Positions 1 to 11,222 are shown, counted from the first letter of the stretch. The stretch: 39,198 nucleotides of DNA from Octopus bimaculoides (GCF_001194135.2 NC_068984.1:146333774-146372971), one strand, 5' to 3'. Numbers and translations are program-made. Notes: a model not told the origin generated them from the letters alone.

Positions 1-210
1 ATCGATATATCGAATTTGAAGTCTCTGTCTCTTTTGAATATGAAAATTTAAAAGTTTAAAAATCTTATGATATAAATATAAACTGTGAGAACGACCCTTA
101 AGGAATCTAATTAATGATCTCCTAAGGTAAGTTCTTATGCTATATTGGTAACGGTTGCTACATCCTCTGGAAAAAAATTATTATATATATATATATATAT
201 TTATATATAT

Positions 211-382
211 GTTTGTGTATCTGTGTTTGTCCCCCACCATCGCTTGACAACTAATGTTGGTGTGTTTACGTCCCTGTAACTTAGCAGCTTGGCAAAAGAG
301 ACTGATAGAATAAGTACTAGGCTTACAAAGAATATGTTCTGGGTCGGTTTGTTCGACTGAAACAAGTAAAAGAATAAAAGAA
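211..382 (+). mobile_element. SINE family A, 3' half
   Basis: gtttgtcccccaccatcgcttgacaac...gatagaataagtactaggcttacaaagaat...aagtaaaagaataaaag matches the 3' half of the full copy at 12560-12930. Confidence 0.85.
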
Positions 383-839
383 TATATATTTATATAAAAG
401 TAATAAAGAGAAGAAAACGAACTATTCCTTCCGTGTTGTAATTAAATTACTCTAAATTAAGAAGAAATTGTTTCAAAATCCATTAACACATATTCTAAGT
501 GCATTATTACACAGAAGATAATCATTTTAATGTACATGAGTAATGTCTGGCTGCTAACATTCCGTTATGATTTCCTCATCCAGAAACAGAGAAATATAAA
601 GTCAAGGTGGGAGGTGAGCATGAGAGAAAAAGAATAGGGACAGGGGAAGAGCAAAGGTGAATGGATGGCTAAATTCATTAGAATGTGAAAAGAGCATAAT
701 AGAGGATTACAAATGGGGATTGAGGGAACACTGTGAGTATCAGTTTGGTTCGTATGCTTTCAATATTCAAAAAGAGGTGAATAAACATATTTTAACAAAT
801 GCAGATTTTTACATTAAAAATTTAGTGCCACAATTATAT

Positions 840-1335
840 AAAATTTAGACTCAGTAGTTTATATTTTTCATTAATAAATTGTTTCTTGTTTTGTTTTTCC
901 TGAACATTAGTATAAAGTGAACTGAATTTTATCAGAGTAATCTAAATGTTCAAGTGTGGAATCATTCTTGTGTCCAGATTATGCATTTGTTGTTGGAGTA
1001 CTGTCATCTGTTTTCTAATTGACATGCCTGTTTGGCCAATGTAATGCTTATATCTGAATCTTTGGATATATTAATACAAATTCCACAATTGCATCTTCCA
1101 CATTTTTAGGCATTTAGGTTTCATATAATGTTGGTAGGTAACTGAGCATTTGTTAATAGCTTCTTAAGTGATTCTGGCTGTGTTTATCTCTTGATCTTCT
1201 AAAATTCTGTTTGAATTGCATTTTAAAAGAGGTAAATTTTGATTAAATATATAAAAGACCTCAATATTCAGGGAGTTATGTGTTGAAATATAAAGAAAAA
1301 CATTTGTTCATGTGATACTTTCATGATTTTTAAAT
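840..1335 (-). mobile_element. Decayed Penelope-like retroelement (linker + GIY-YIG endonuclease remnant)
   Basis: Minus strand gives KCGRCNCGIC (Cys-rich linker) then KHYIGQTGMSIRKQMTVLQQQ (942-1049, YIG motif); stops and frameshifts present. Confidence 0.8.
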
Positions 1336-1477
1336 TACATACACACTTGTATGTGTGTGTGTGTGTGTGCATGCGTGTGTGTATATACCCCTACACATAC
1401 ATATATAAACACAGTATCCAACAATTGTACAAAAGTTTCAAAGCTGGCAGCTAGGGTCTAACATTATTTAACATAAG

Positions 1478-1635
1478 CTGCAAATACATAGAAAGTGCTT
1501 CCATACAGTTTCCATCAACTGTTAGCAGTTAAGGCATTTGTTGGCCCTAAGCTACAGAGGAAGACACTCACCAAAGGTATCACGAGTGAGATAGAGCTTG
1601 AAACCACGTGACTGTAAAGTGAACTCTCTGCCCAA
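1478..1635 (-). mobile_element. SINE family A head/core, degenerate
   Basis: Reverse complement of the tRNA-like head and ccttgg..aagtgtctt core seen in other copies. Confidence 0.65.
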
Positions 1636-1781
1636 CCACACAAACACAAAACTCAATGGATCTATAATTTCTGTATATGAGGCACGTAATAGTTTACTAT
1701 CCAACCCATGCCAGCATGGAAAAGTGACATTAAATGATGATGATGTGTATGCATGTATAAACAAAAATAAACTTGCCTTAC

Positions 1782-1811
1782 CAAAAAACCTGAATGCCTT
1801 TACCCGTTATT
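1782..1811 (-). CDS. Candidate 30-nt micro-exon (ITGKGIQVF in phase 2; NNG-stop in phase 0)
   Basis: ctcactcatacttAG|AATAACGG...TTTTTG|GTAAGG; splice signals only, no recognised homology. Confidence 0.25.
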
Positions 1812-2257
1812 CTAAGTATGAGTGAGTGTGTGGTGCCTGAGAGTGTATATATGTCCACGTGTGAATGAAACACCCTGAACCAACCAACCAACACCCACTC
1901 TTTCTAAGCCAATGCACTTTCACAAATTGATGTGCAGGACAACTAAAATAGATTTTTTTTTTATATACGTGTATTATTATTGTCACTATTGTTGTTGTTG
2001 TTGTTATGGGTAGATTTGGCATATCTATTCTGGTTTACTTCTTGAGGCATTGTTGTTATGGTAGTATTGATTTAGGTACAACAACAAGAAAAAAAAAGGT
2101 TCAAATAGAAATCAATATATGACAATTGATTAGGTTACAGTAAACTGCTGGTTACAAACAAACAAAGAAACTAATAAATCTATATAAAAACTGTTCATAC
2201 AGTTGGTTTAGGAGGGTGACATATTTGAAACAGACTTTTTAAATATTCTGATCAAAA

Positions 2258-2458
2258 AAGGCAGCGAGCTGGCAGAATTGCTAGCATATTGGGTGAAATG
2301 CTTAGCGGCATTTCGTCTGTCTTAAGTTCAAATTTTGACAAGGTTACCTTTGTCTTTTGTCCTTAAAATAAGTACCAGTTGTGCATTAGGGGTCAATGTA
2401 ACTTGACTTATCTCCTGCCCAAATTGCTGGCTTTGTGCTAAAATGTGAAGCCAATATT
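2258..2458 (+). mobile_element. SINE family C (aaggcggcgagctggcagaa head)
   Basis: Head, gttcaaat B-box-like motif, aataagtaccagtt...ggggtcaatgta core and ggccttgtgc-type tail shared with about ten copies in the window. Confidence 0.85.
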
Positions 2459-2523
2459 CTGATTTAAAAAAAAACAAATGTTTTTCTTTTCGTCTTTTGA
2501 TCACTAAGTATTGGTTCAAGTAA

Positions 2524-2765
2524 AGGTGTGTGGCCTAGTGGCTAGGGTGCTGCACTCACAATCACCAGATTGTGGTTTCAATTCCTGGACTAGGTGGTGC
2601 ATTGTGTTCTTGAACAAAACACATCATTTTAATCCACTCAGCCGTGAATGAATAACCCTGCAATGAACTGGGGTCCCAGTCAGGGGGAATGTCATGATTT
2701 TGATCATGTAAACATCATGGAACCTGGGTAATAAGGCCCTATGATCCCTTGGACTCAAGAAAGTA
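2524..2765 (+). mobile_element. SINE family D (tggcctagtggctagggtg tRNA-like head)
   Basis: A-box tggcctagtgg and B-box-like ggtttcaattcc; related copies at 12015-12175, 22190-22315 and 25035-25225. Confidence 0.7.
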
Positions 2766-2777
2766 CTTACTAAAGGA

Positions 2778-3123
2778 ACAGGTGGGCTGTGTGTTAAGAG
2801 GTTTGCTTCCTAACCACATGGTTTGGGGTTGAATCCCACTGACCAAACCTTCAGTGGATTTGATAAAAGAGGCTAAAGGGCACCTTGTGTGTTGTGTGTG
2901 TGTTGCTATGTCTTTGCTTTGACATCACAGGGTAGTTGTAAACAAGTGTCACCCTCATGCAAGCAGTGTCTATTGTTTCTAAACCTCTATTAAAACATTG
3001 TGACCATGGGGGAATATTTCCCTGCTTGGAAACAGGTGAGGGTTGGTGACAGGAAGGGCATCCGGCTGTAGAAAATCTGCCTCAACAGATTCCCTCCAAC
3101 TTATGCATGGAAAAGTGGATGTT

Positions 3124-3181
<58 letters not shown>
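2778..3181 (+). mobile_element. SINE family A' (tRNA head + RTE-type tail ending in long (GAT)n)
   Basis: Family A head joined to aggaagggcatccggctgtagaaa...catggaaaagtggatgtt and (GAT)n at about 3124-3181. Confidence 0.85.
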
Positions 3182-3182
<1 letters not shown>

Positions 3183-3654
3183 GTAAAGCAGTACCCATGA
3201 CCCCTACACAGAGCCTTTAAGACAGGCGGGACGGTATGAGGAAGATCTTCTCAAATCAGAGACCAAGTCCTAAAGGCACTCATGGCGGTTGTATTAAACT
3301 GAGTGACGGATTAAGGTCACCACTCAGGCAGATGACCAGGACCGGATTTTGTAAAGAGAGAACAAAGAGCTGGAAAGAAGAATACCGAAAGCTCTAGATC
3401 TCCTGTTTTCACAGTTCTGATAATCCATTGATTTCTTATACCAGCAGACATTTTACCTACCATCTGCAGGAGGCTTACCATTTGGGACCCCCAGCCCCCC
3501 ACTCCCATTAGCCTTTCAACACCTGGCATAAAGCCACCTCCCCCTCTCAGGTACTCTATCTACTTAGTCATGCAGGCTTTATCCTTCCTCCCACCCCTGT
3601 TTTTTTTTCTGTTTTGCAAGTTACTTGGCAACCTCACTCGTGACATGAATGGGG

Positions 3655-3825
3655 GCAAACCAGTCCATGCTGGAAAGTGGTTGGGGTTAGGAAGGAGACT
3701 CAGCTGGAGAAACAAAGCCAAAACAGACATTGGAGCTCGTTACAGCCCCGTGGCTTGCTGGATCCTGTTCAACTGTCCAAATCATGCGAGCATGAAACAC
3801 AGACGATGATGATGATGATGATGAT
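3655..3825 (+). mobile_element. RTE-type 3' tail with (GAT)n
   Basis: gtggttggggttaggaagg...catgcgagcatgaaacacagacgatgatgat. Confidence 0.75.
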
Positions 3826-4279
3826 CTGCTGTCCAGAATTGGTGTTTTCATTTTACAGAATCTTAAAGAACGAGAGGCAAAATTGACCTTACCAAGATTT
3901 TAACCCCCCCCCCCCCAATCCAACTGTGAGACATTCTATTCAATGTTTTAAAGACTTTTGTAGTTTGCTGCCTTTACTAGTTCACCAGTAAAGACAAATT
4001 ATCTCAAAGATGCATAGCATCTAGAGCAAGCCCTGGGCCAACCAATGCCTTTTCAGTGGAACTGGTTGATAGAGAAACTATATGAAGCCTGTCATGTGTG
4101 TGCATGGAGGGGGTGCAGATTTCTGCTAATTAAAAATATTTATGTTCATGTATTTTTAAATAGTTTGTTAAACATGTAGCAGTCTTGAGAGGAGTTAAAT
4201 GCAATAGAAAACAACAACAAAAAAAAACATATAGGTACATGCATACATATGTACTTTAAATATAAATATTTATATATAT

Positions 4280-4638
4280 GGTGACGACCTTAGAAGGTTA
4301 AACCTTTTGGACGAGATGACAAAGGACTGAGATACCTGGCGCCTTGCTGTGGAAGGCTCATCCTCCACAGCAGAAGTGTTAATGCTTCATCCCCTGGTAA
4401 AGAGGATTGGCTTGCAAGAGCCCTCTGCTGGCGCCACATGAAAAGCGCTCGTGCCAGTGCCATATTATGGCACTCGTGCCATGTTAAAAGCACTCAGAAC
4501 ACACTGTAACATGGTCAGTGTTAGGAAGGGCATCTAGCCATAGAAACAAAGCCAAATCAGACTGGAGCTTGGAGCAGCTCTCTGGTTTTCCACCTCTGGT
4601 CAAACTGTCCAACCCATGCCAGCATGGAAAATAGACAT
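4280..4638 (+). mobile_element. RTE LINE 3' end (5'-truncated)
   Basis: Translates DDLRRLNLLDEMTKD*DTWRLAV, typical of an RTE ORF C-terminus, followed by the shared aggaagggcat...acccatgccagcatggaa tail. Confidence 0.75.
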
Positions 4639-4740
4639 ATATACATATATATATATACATACATACACATAATGCATGTAAGTTTGCATAAATATATATT
4701 TATTATGTGTGTGGGTGTGGATAGAAATATATATATGCAT

Positions 4741-5040
4741 GTGGTAGAAGTAGACCCAGGAAGACATGGAATGAGGTGGTGAAACCTGATCCTTGAACTT
4801 TGGCCCTCACAGAGGCAATGACTGAGGCCTTTGACATTGAGAGTTGGGCCTCATAGAGGCGCCAGTGGAATGTAAAAGCACCCATTACATTCTCGGAGTA
4901 GTTGGCATTAGGAAGGGCAAACAGCTGTAGAAACCATGCCAAATCAGACTGGAGACTGGGGCAGCCTTCCAGCTTGTCAGCCTTGGTCAAACTGTCCAAC
5001 CCATACCAGCATGGACAACGGACGTTAAATGATGATGATG
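4741..5040 (+). mobile_element. RTE LINE 3' end (5'-truncated)
   Basis: RSRPRKTWNEVVK..TLALTEAMT resembles the RTE RGRPRKTW motif; ends in (GAT)n. Confidence 0.8.
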
Positions 5041-5439
5041 TGAACTGGTATGTATGTGACTTTGTGTTGATTAGAATATACATCTATATTTCATGTATTG
5101 AGTTCTACATCTCCTGTCTGTTCTACTAAACGTCTGTGTATATATGTTTTATATTTATCAACCAGTGAATCTACCGAAGGTACAAATTATCAGTCTTATC
5201 ATTACGGCTGCTTTTTTTCCTGCTGGCATGGGTTGGACAAACAAACAAGGCAAACAAATAACGATCTCATTCAGTAATATGTACTGAGATATCGATGACC
5301 GAATCTTCTTATCTCTAGGTTGATAGAAATTGATAAATAAATAATGACTGTGACCCACATGACAAACAAATCAATGGCTTATACGAATGTCTAATATTAG
5401 CTGGTGACAGATCTTGAAGTAAACACCTATTTTGCTTCA

Positions 5440-5442
<3 letters not shown>

Positions 5443-5489
<47 letters not shown>

Positions 5490-5503
5490 ACACACACACA
5501 CAC
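5443..5503. repeat. Compound (CT)n(CA)n microsatellite
   Basis: Directly visible. Confidence 0.95.
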
Positions 5504-5904
5504 AGCCAAACATAGGCACAGAAATATTTACACATATGCATGCAAACATACAAATACACATCCACAATCATACATAGAATAAACATAACTGGGATACAAA
5601 ACTAAAAGACATTGACCAACATTGGGTTTTTGTGTTATTTTTTGTACTCCCCTGTGTGTAAATGTGTGTGTGCGTGTATATATATATAATGTATTTGGTA
5701 TTTTAAACTCTATAAAACATACGTTTTTTGGTAAATCAACAGACAAGATTACACAATCACGTGGAGAAATTCCTCTAGCTAATGTTTTAGGTAACCAAAA
5801 TCCATTTACAAGGCTTTAGCAGGCTCCTAGTTTAGTGTCAATGTGACCCCCCCCCCCCACTAACTGTATCTCTGCTAACCTATATATTTCCGTTTGCACA
5901 CAAC

Positions 5905-6190
5905 ACTTCAATGAAATGGACCACTGCTTGGGAGACACCTGTGAGCTCTTGTTGGATATTTGTAATAATACTCAGGTACTTCTCAAACCCATAGCTCAAC
6001 ACTATCTCACCCAGCTACTCTTCTGGTCACCACTCTTTGATGTTCTCCAACACTTTGGCTTTAATATGACCCCCAAATACAAAGAGCAACACATTATCTT
6101 CAGCCTGAGTACTTTTACTCCATAGGGCCTTAAATCACGGTCCAATTTCCTGATTCTACTTTCCATCCTTGAAAATCATTTCCGCATTTG
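5905..6190 (-). mobile_element. Decayed CR1/L2-like LINE fragment
   Basis: Frameshifted minus-strand reading (..LENI/QRVVTRRVAG..LSYG..) resembles the post-RT LExVQRxxTRxxxGLxxLSY segment. Confidence 0.45.
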
Positions 6191-6439
6191 TTTGCTTGCA
6201 GTGTGCATGTGTGTGTGTAACTGTTTATATAAGTATGTATAAATGTATGTCTAAACCCAGCTTGGTCTCATATTTTTTGTGCAGTCTGTACACATGCTGC
6301 ACTGTCAATACACACAATATATGTCATTTCAACTTGCCCCTCCCTTCCCTCCCTCTGTGACACAGAGCAACGTATGTATTCAGGAATGAGTCACGTCAGA
6401 AGATAAGTCACATTCACAATTTACATTCGGCATTCTTAC

Positions 6440-6456
6440 CTTGTGTTTATATATTT
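6440..6456 (-). CDS. Candidate 17-nt micro-exon (KYINT+AG or xIYKHK)
   Basis: tttatggaaatttcattcAG|AAATATATAAACACAAG|GTAAGA; strong donor, unique context. Confidence 0.3.
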
Positions 6457-6675
6457 CTGAATGAAATTTCCATAAAAATATCTCAACAGAAACCTATTTA
6501 CCCTACACACATAAGCAAAATCAGGGTATTTTAATCACTCATTTTGTCTGTTTGTCTGTGTGTTTGCAAAATTACTAGAAAACAGCAAAATAGATTTTCA
6601 CCCCATTTGGCAGAAATACTCATTGGGTGAATGGCTTGAAATGATGAAAATTTGGTTTGATTGTCTTAAGAGAGG

Positions 6676-6815
6676 AAAAAAAAATTGAACTTACAAATTT
6701 CCCAATAAGCAAGTGGCCATATTATTTTGTTCACTTTCTTTTTCATATGAATCAAGCTTAGTCTGCGTGTGTATAGATCATGGTGTACCTATGTACATAG
6801 ACATGTGTGCATACA

Positions 6816-6872
<57 letters not shown>

Positions 6873-7140
6873 AGTGATGGATTTGATGGTTTTGTTTATT
6901 CACTTGATTTTCTTAGTTTCACTAGAGTATGCCTAAAAAAAATACAAATTTACGAATTTCCTGATAAGCAAGTGCCCATATCATTTTGTTCACTTTCTTT
7001 TTCATATGAATTGACCCTCGTCTGTGTGTATAGATCATGGTGTACCTATGCACGTAGACACGCGTGTACACACTAATGGATTCGAGGCTTTCATTTATTT
7101 ACGAGATGATTTCTTAATTTCACCAGAGTATAAATACCTA
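6676..7140. repeat. Diverged tandem duplication, about 260-bp unit, two copies
   Basis: atttcc..ataagcaagtg.ccatat.attttgttcactttctttttcatatgaat...gtatagatcatggtgtacctatg occurs at about 6697 and 6956. Confidence 0.9.
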
Positions 7141-7347
7141 TAATGGTGATCCTTGGAAAAAAAAAAAAAAAAAAATTCAGTTCAATTAAAAAGCCTGGGT
7201 AAGCAACACATTGTGATCCACACTAGAATTTGTGAAAACATTTATCTGCTCACAGGGTATGTATCGCCCTCCCAATGCCTTTTATTTTTCATTTCTTGTG
7301 TAACTACAACAATTAAACCCATGTTTTACTCTCTATATTTTATAATT

Positions 7348-7737
7348 GATGTGCCTGTGTGTTTAAGACTCATGGTTCTGGGTTCAATCCCATTGCATGG
7401 CACCTTGGGTAGTTTCTACTATAGTCCCAGGGCCAACCAGTGCCTTGCGAGTGGATTTCATAGGCAGCAACTGAAAGAAGGTTGTCGTATATATATGTGT
7501 GTGTATATGTTTGTGTCCCCTTGTCTTGACACCACAAGATAGCTGTAAATGATTGTCACTGTCATACAAGCAGTGTGATTTATTTCCACTATTCTTCAAA
7601 ACTGTGTCTGGCCATGGGGAAATACTATGGCGAGGGTTGGTGACAGGAAGGACATCAAGACAGAAAATCTACTTCAACAAAACTCCATCTGACCCATGCA
7701 AGCATGGCAAAATGGAGGTTAAAATGATAATGATGTT
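7348..7737 (+). mobile_element. SINE family A' (tRNA head + RTE-type tail)
   Basis: ggttctgggttcaatccc...ggcaccttggg core...gttggtgacaggaagg...acccatgcaagcatgg...atgataatgatg. Confidence 0.85.
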
Positions 7738-7832
7738 TACATGTATCTAATAACATGCAACACATTTTAATTAAATTTCATGCATTAATGAAACAAACAA
7801 TGCTTTCTGTCTCTCCCTTAACACGTACTTAC

Positions 7833-7869
7833 TATTCCCTCCGTATTTTAATCTAAACAAACATGTTTT
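7833..7869 (-). CDS. Candidate micro-exon (37 nt KTCLFRLKYGGN+A; alternative 20-nt form 7833-7852)
   Basis: Donor A|GTAAGTA at 7832; acceptors tttttacactAG or gtttgtttAG; one open frame. Confidence 0.2.
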
Positions 7870-8221
7870 CTAGTGTAAAAACTTGTTTGGAAGCTTATCA
7901 ACGAGCAAATTGTATATCAGTAATTATATCAACAACATAGAAACCAAACACTGTTGTGGTCTGCTCTGCATCTGTACGGAGTGGTCTTAGTAGCCATAGT
8001 AGGAAGACGACAATGGCAACAACAACAACAACACCGCCGCCGCCACNNNNNNNNNNNNNNNNNNNNNNNNNNNNNNNNNNNNNNNNNNNNNNNNNNNNNN
8101 NCACCACCACCACCACCACCATGTGGTGACAATATTTTAATGGCTTCATATCTTATCAATAAAAGGATTCAAAAAACTTAACTCACAGCATATCAGATTC
8201 AGAAATTATTATATTTTGATT

Positions 8222-8812
8222 AATCTTTTGTTTGTTTCAGTCATTTGACTGTGGCCATGTTGGAGCATCGCCTTTAGTCGAACTAATTGACCCCCAGGAC
8301 TTATTCTTTGTAAGCCTAGTACTTATTCTATGGGCCTATTTTGCTGAACTGCCAAGTTACAGGGACATAAACACACCAGCATCGGTTGTCAAGCAATTTG
8401 GGGGGAACAAACACAGACACACAAACACGATGGGCTTCTTTCAGTTTCTGTCCACCGAATCCACTCACAAGGCTTTGGTTGGCCCGATGTTATAGCAGCA
8501 GACACTTGCCCAAGGTGCCACACAGTGGGACTGAACCCGGGACCATGTGGTTGGTAAGCAAGCTACTTTATTTCATTTTATTTGCCATAAAGGCAATATA
8601 CAGAGTAGCTGTGGGCTGAACAACACATTAATGAATGAAAATGAAGTGACATAAAATGAATAAATGAGAGACGAAACCCAACGCCCACCGATTGGGTTTT
8701 TCTCGAAAACATATTTTCTTTTTTAAAAAATCAATATGAGGTTTCAAGCCTCTTACAAAAAGGAGGCACTAAAAGTTAGCAAGCTACTTACCACACAGCC
8801 ACGCCTGCACCT
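8222..8812 (-). mobile_element. Full-length SINE family A interrupted by a nested insertion
   Basis: Body 8222-8568; the head remainder ccacacagccacgcctgc resumes after 8789. Confidence 0.9.
8569..8777 (-). mobile_element. 5'-truncated non-LTR retro-insertion with 12-bp TSD
   Basis: agcaagctactt at 8557-8568 and 8778-8789; minus strand ends ...tatattgcctttatggcAAATAAAATGAAATA. Confidence 0.75.
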
Positions 8813-8844
8813 ATTGTTATTATTATTATTATTTAGTAAATTAA

Positions 8845-9053
8845 CTGCTTAGTTTTCAGATTAATCTGTCAAGTGTAATGCTTATTTATTCACATTGTTT
8901 CGATTATCTTGCAGCTATGAGACTTCAATGATATGATGTGTTTATTTTTGGAATGACATTGTAGGGTAGGTGTGAAAGGCTGGATCTGGCTGATTTGAAC
9001 ATAAAATGGGGAGAATATTTTGGCTGGATATGACTGGCTTAAATGCTAAGGGG
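8845..9053. mobile_element. piggyBac-like MITE
   Basis: Flanked by TTAA at 8841-8844 and 9054-9057; right end aaatgctaagGGG, left end a degenerate complement (ctgcttagtttt); no ORF. Confidence 0.6.
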
Positions 9054-9339
9054 TTAATGATCACAAACTAGTCTGCTATTACTGCATACTTTATGAAATT
9101 AAGCAAGAAAAAAGATTTTATAGACTGCTAGTTATTGAGGGCAAATGTTAAGAGATAAATAAATCTTGAAATGTAATATGTAAATCACTGCTACCATCAT
9201 CACTGTTACCACCACCACCACCACCGCCACCACCACCGCCGCCGCCGCCACCACCATCATCATGATCATGGGTGTTGTCGTTTTGTGTCTACTTCTCATA
9301 CTATCAAGCAAGTGTTAGAGAGAGGCCATCATAGTTTGA

Positions 9340-9674
9340 GTAGGTAATTATTTGGAAATGGAGGCAAAGTGGCTGAGCGCCTTTCAAGTGTTGGGCCTCA
9401 TGGAGGCAATGACCATGACCTTTGGTATTATGTCGTGCTTGAGAAGAAGACCCATCAAGCCGAGCAAAATCACAGTCCTGGCAGATACCAGTGACACATA
9501 AAAGCACCCATTACACTCTGTAAAGTGGTTGGCATTAGGAAGGGCATCCAGCTGTAGAGACCCGACCAAAACACACGAATGGAGCCTGGTGCAGTTCCCC
9601 AGTTTGCTAGCTCTGGTCAAATCGTCTGACCCATGCCAGCATGGACAATAGACACTAAATGATGATGATGATGA
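9340..9674 (+). mobile_element. RTE LINE 3' end with (GAT)n tail
   Basis: LGLMEAMT..DLWYYVVLEKK-like C-terminus plus the shared tail. Confidence 0.8.
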
Positions 9675-9689
9675 TTGTCTTTCTAGATG

Positions 9690-9772
9690 GATTGGTGAAA
9701 ATGTCTTGCTTGATGTTTTAGCTTTGACATGATTTCTACAACTGGATGCCCTTCCTGATGCCAACCACTTCA
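9690..9772 (-). mobile_element. RTE-type tail fragment, inverted relative to its neighbour
   Basis: tttctacaactggatgcccttcctgatgccaaccactt. Confidence 0.75.
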
Positions 9773-9784
9773 CAGGACCACCTC

Positions 9785-9968
9785 TTTGCAGGGGTAAAAA
9801 TAGGTTTGTGTAGGGTCAACTCTGGGAGAGGAAGGTCTTCCCACGGGGAAACATAGGGGGCAGGATGCTGAGGCACAGCTGAAAGAAGACAGCCCAGGGC
9901 TGAGACCGAGGGAGGAACACGTTGTCAATGGCTTGTGCTCCATGCGGAGGGAAGGGCTTAAGTAAGTT
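9785..9968 (+). mobile_element. 3' end of a second RTE family ((TAAG)n-tailed type)
   Basis: Ends GTT GTC AAT GGC TTG TGC TCC ATG CGG AGG GAA GGG CTT AAG TAA GT = VVNGLCSMRREGLK*, resembling RTE C-termini with taag tails. Confidence 0.6.
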
Positions 9969-10214
9969 TGGTAATGGTGTTGATGGACATGCCATAGGTT
10001 CTGTACCCTCTAGGTTTATCAGCAGCCATGGTGCCTCTGTCCTCTGTTAGGCTCTTAACTTTAGTTCTGGAATGATGCCAACAGTTCATCCTGCCAAGAT
10101 TAATGTCAGATGATTGATTGCTTGGCTGGGAGTCCAGCTGCTTCAATCTAACCCCAAACTTCAGGCCATATCAGGTACAGTGCTTGGTTTTTAGGGGGAT
10201 AAAAAAAACAAAAA

Positions 10215-10400
10215 AAAGCACTTGTGCTGGTAAAAAAAAGTACCCAGCATGCTCTGTAAAGTGGCTGGTGTTAAAAAGGGTATCCAGTTGTCGAAATCAT
10301 ACCAAAACAGATGACTGGAGCCTGGTGTTGCCATCTGGCTTGTCAGCTTCTATCAAACTGTCCAGCTCATGCCAGCATAGGAGGCAGACATTAAATGATG
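10215..10400 (+). mobile_element. RTE-type tail element
   Basis: aaagtggctggtgtt...actggagcctggtg...catgccagcat...ttaaatgatg. Confidence 0.75.
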
Positions 10401-10444
10401 GTGTGTGTGTGTGTGTGTGTGTGTGTGTCTCTCTCTCTCTCTCT

Positions 10445-10620
10445 CTGTGTTTGCAGCCCCACACCACATGACAGTCAGTGTTGATTGTTTACATCCTTCA
10501 AACTTTGCAGTTCAGTAAAAGGGAATGATAGAAAATGAAACTTAAAAGAATATAACTATTGGAGTCAATTCCAGGATGGTACTCCAGCATGGTCGATGTT
10601 CAGTGACCGAAACAAATACA
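10445..10620 (+). mobile_element. SINE family A 3' half, degenerate
   Basis: ggtactccagcatgg...gaccgaaacaaat tail as at 12885-12930. Confidence 0.6.
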
Positions 10621-11074
10621 AGCTGAGGTGTGTGTGTGTAATGTGAGATGTGTCAATGTGTGCATATAATGTACGTGTACACATAAACAAAGGCCTGTAT
10701 TCATATGGATGTAAAGAAAGATTTATTAAACACACAACCTCCTTATCTATAAACTGAGATATTTATGTCATACAATACAAATAAAAACACAATTATTAGT
10801 AAATAAAAGAATGAGTGTTATGAATAAATTAGAGGGGAGACGTCAAACAGAACCTGAAAGAAGCCTGTCACGTGCGCGTGCATGTGTGTAGATATGGAGA
10901 GAGAGAGAGAGAGAGAGTTCAATGATGGCTCAGCTAACTGAAACTTCAAAGTTACTGTCAATAGTATTCTTGCTGAAGAACAATAAATTGTACCCTGTCA
11001 AATGTATTGAGTCCTTTAGTTTAATGTAAAATGGCTGCAAGTGTAATTCAACTTAAAAACGAACATGAACATGT

Positions 11075-11222
11075 GAAAGCAGCCATCACACTCTGTAAAG
11101 TGGTCAGTGTTAAGAACCATGCCAAATCAGACTGGAGTCTGGTGCAGCCTTCCAGCTGGCCAGTCCTGGTCAAACCGTCCAGTCCATGCCAGCATGGACA
11201 ACAGATGTTAAATGATGATGAT
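11075..11222 (+). mobile_element. RTE-type tail element
   Basis: catgccaaatcagactggagtctggtgcagcc...catgccagcatggacaacagatgttaaatgatgatg. Confidence 0.8.

Noticed and set aside
90-132. Plus-strand donor AAG|GTAAGT near 127
   Set aside because: No acceptable acceptor with an open frame inside the window
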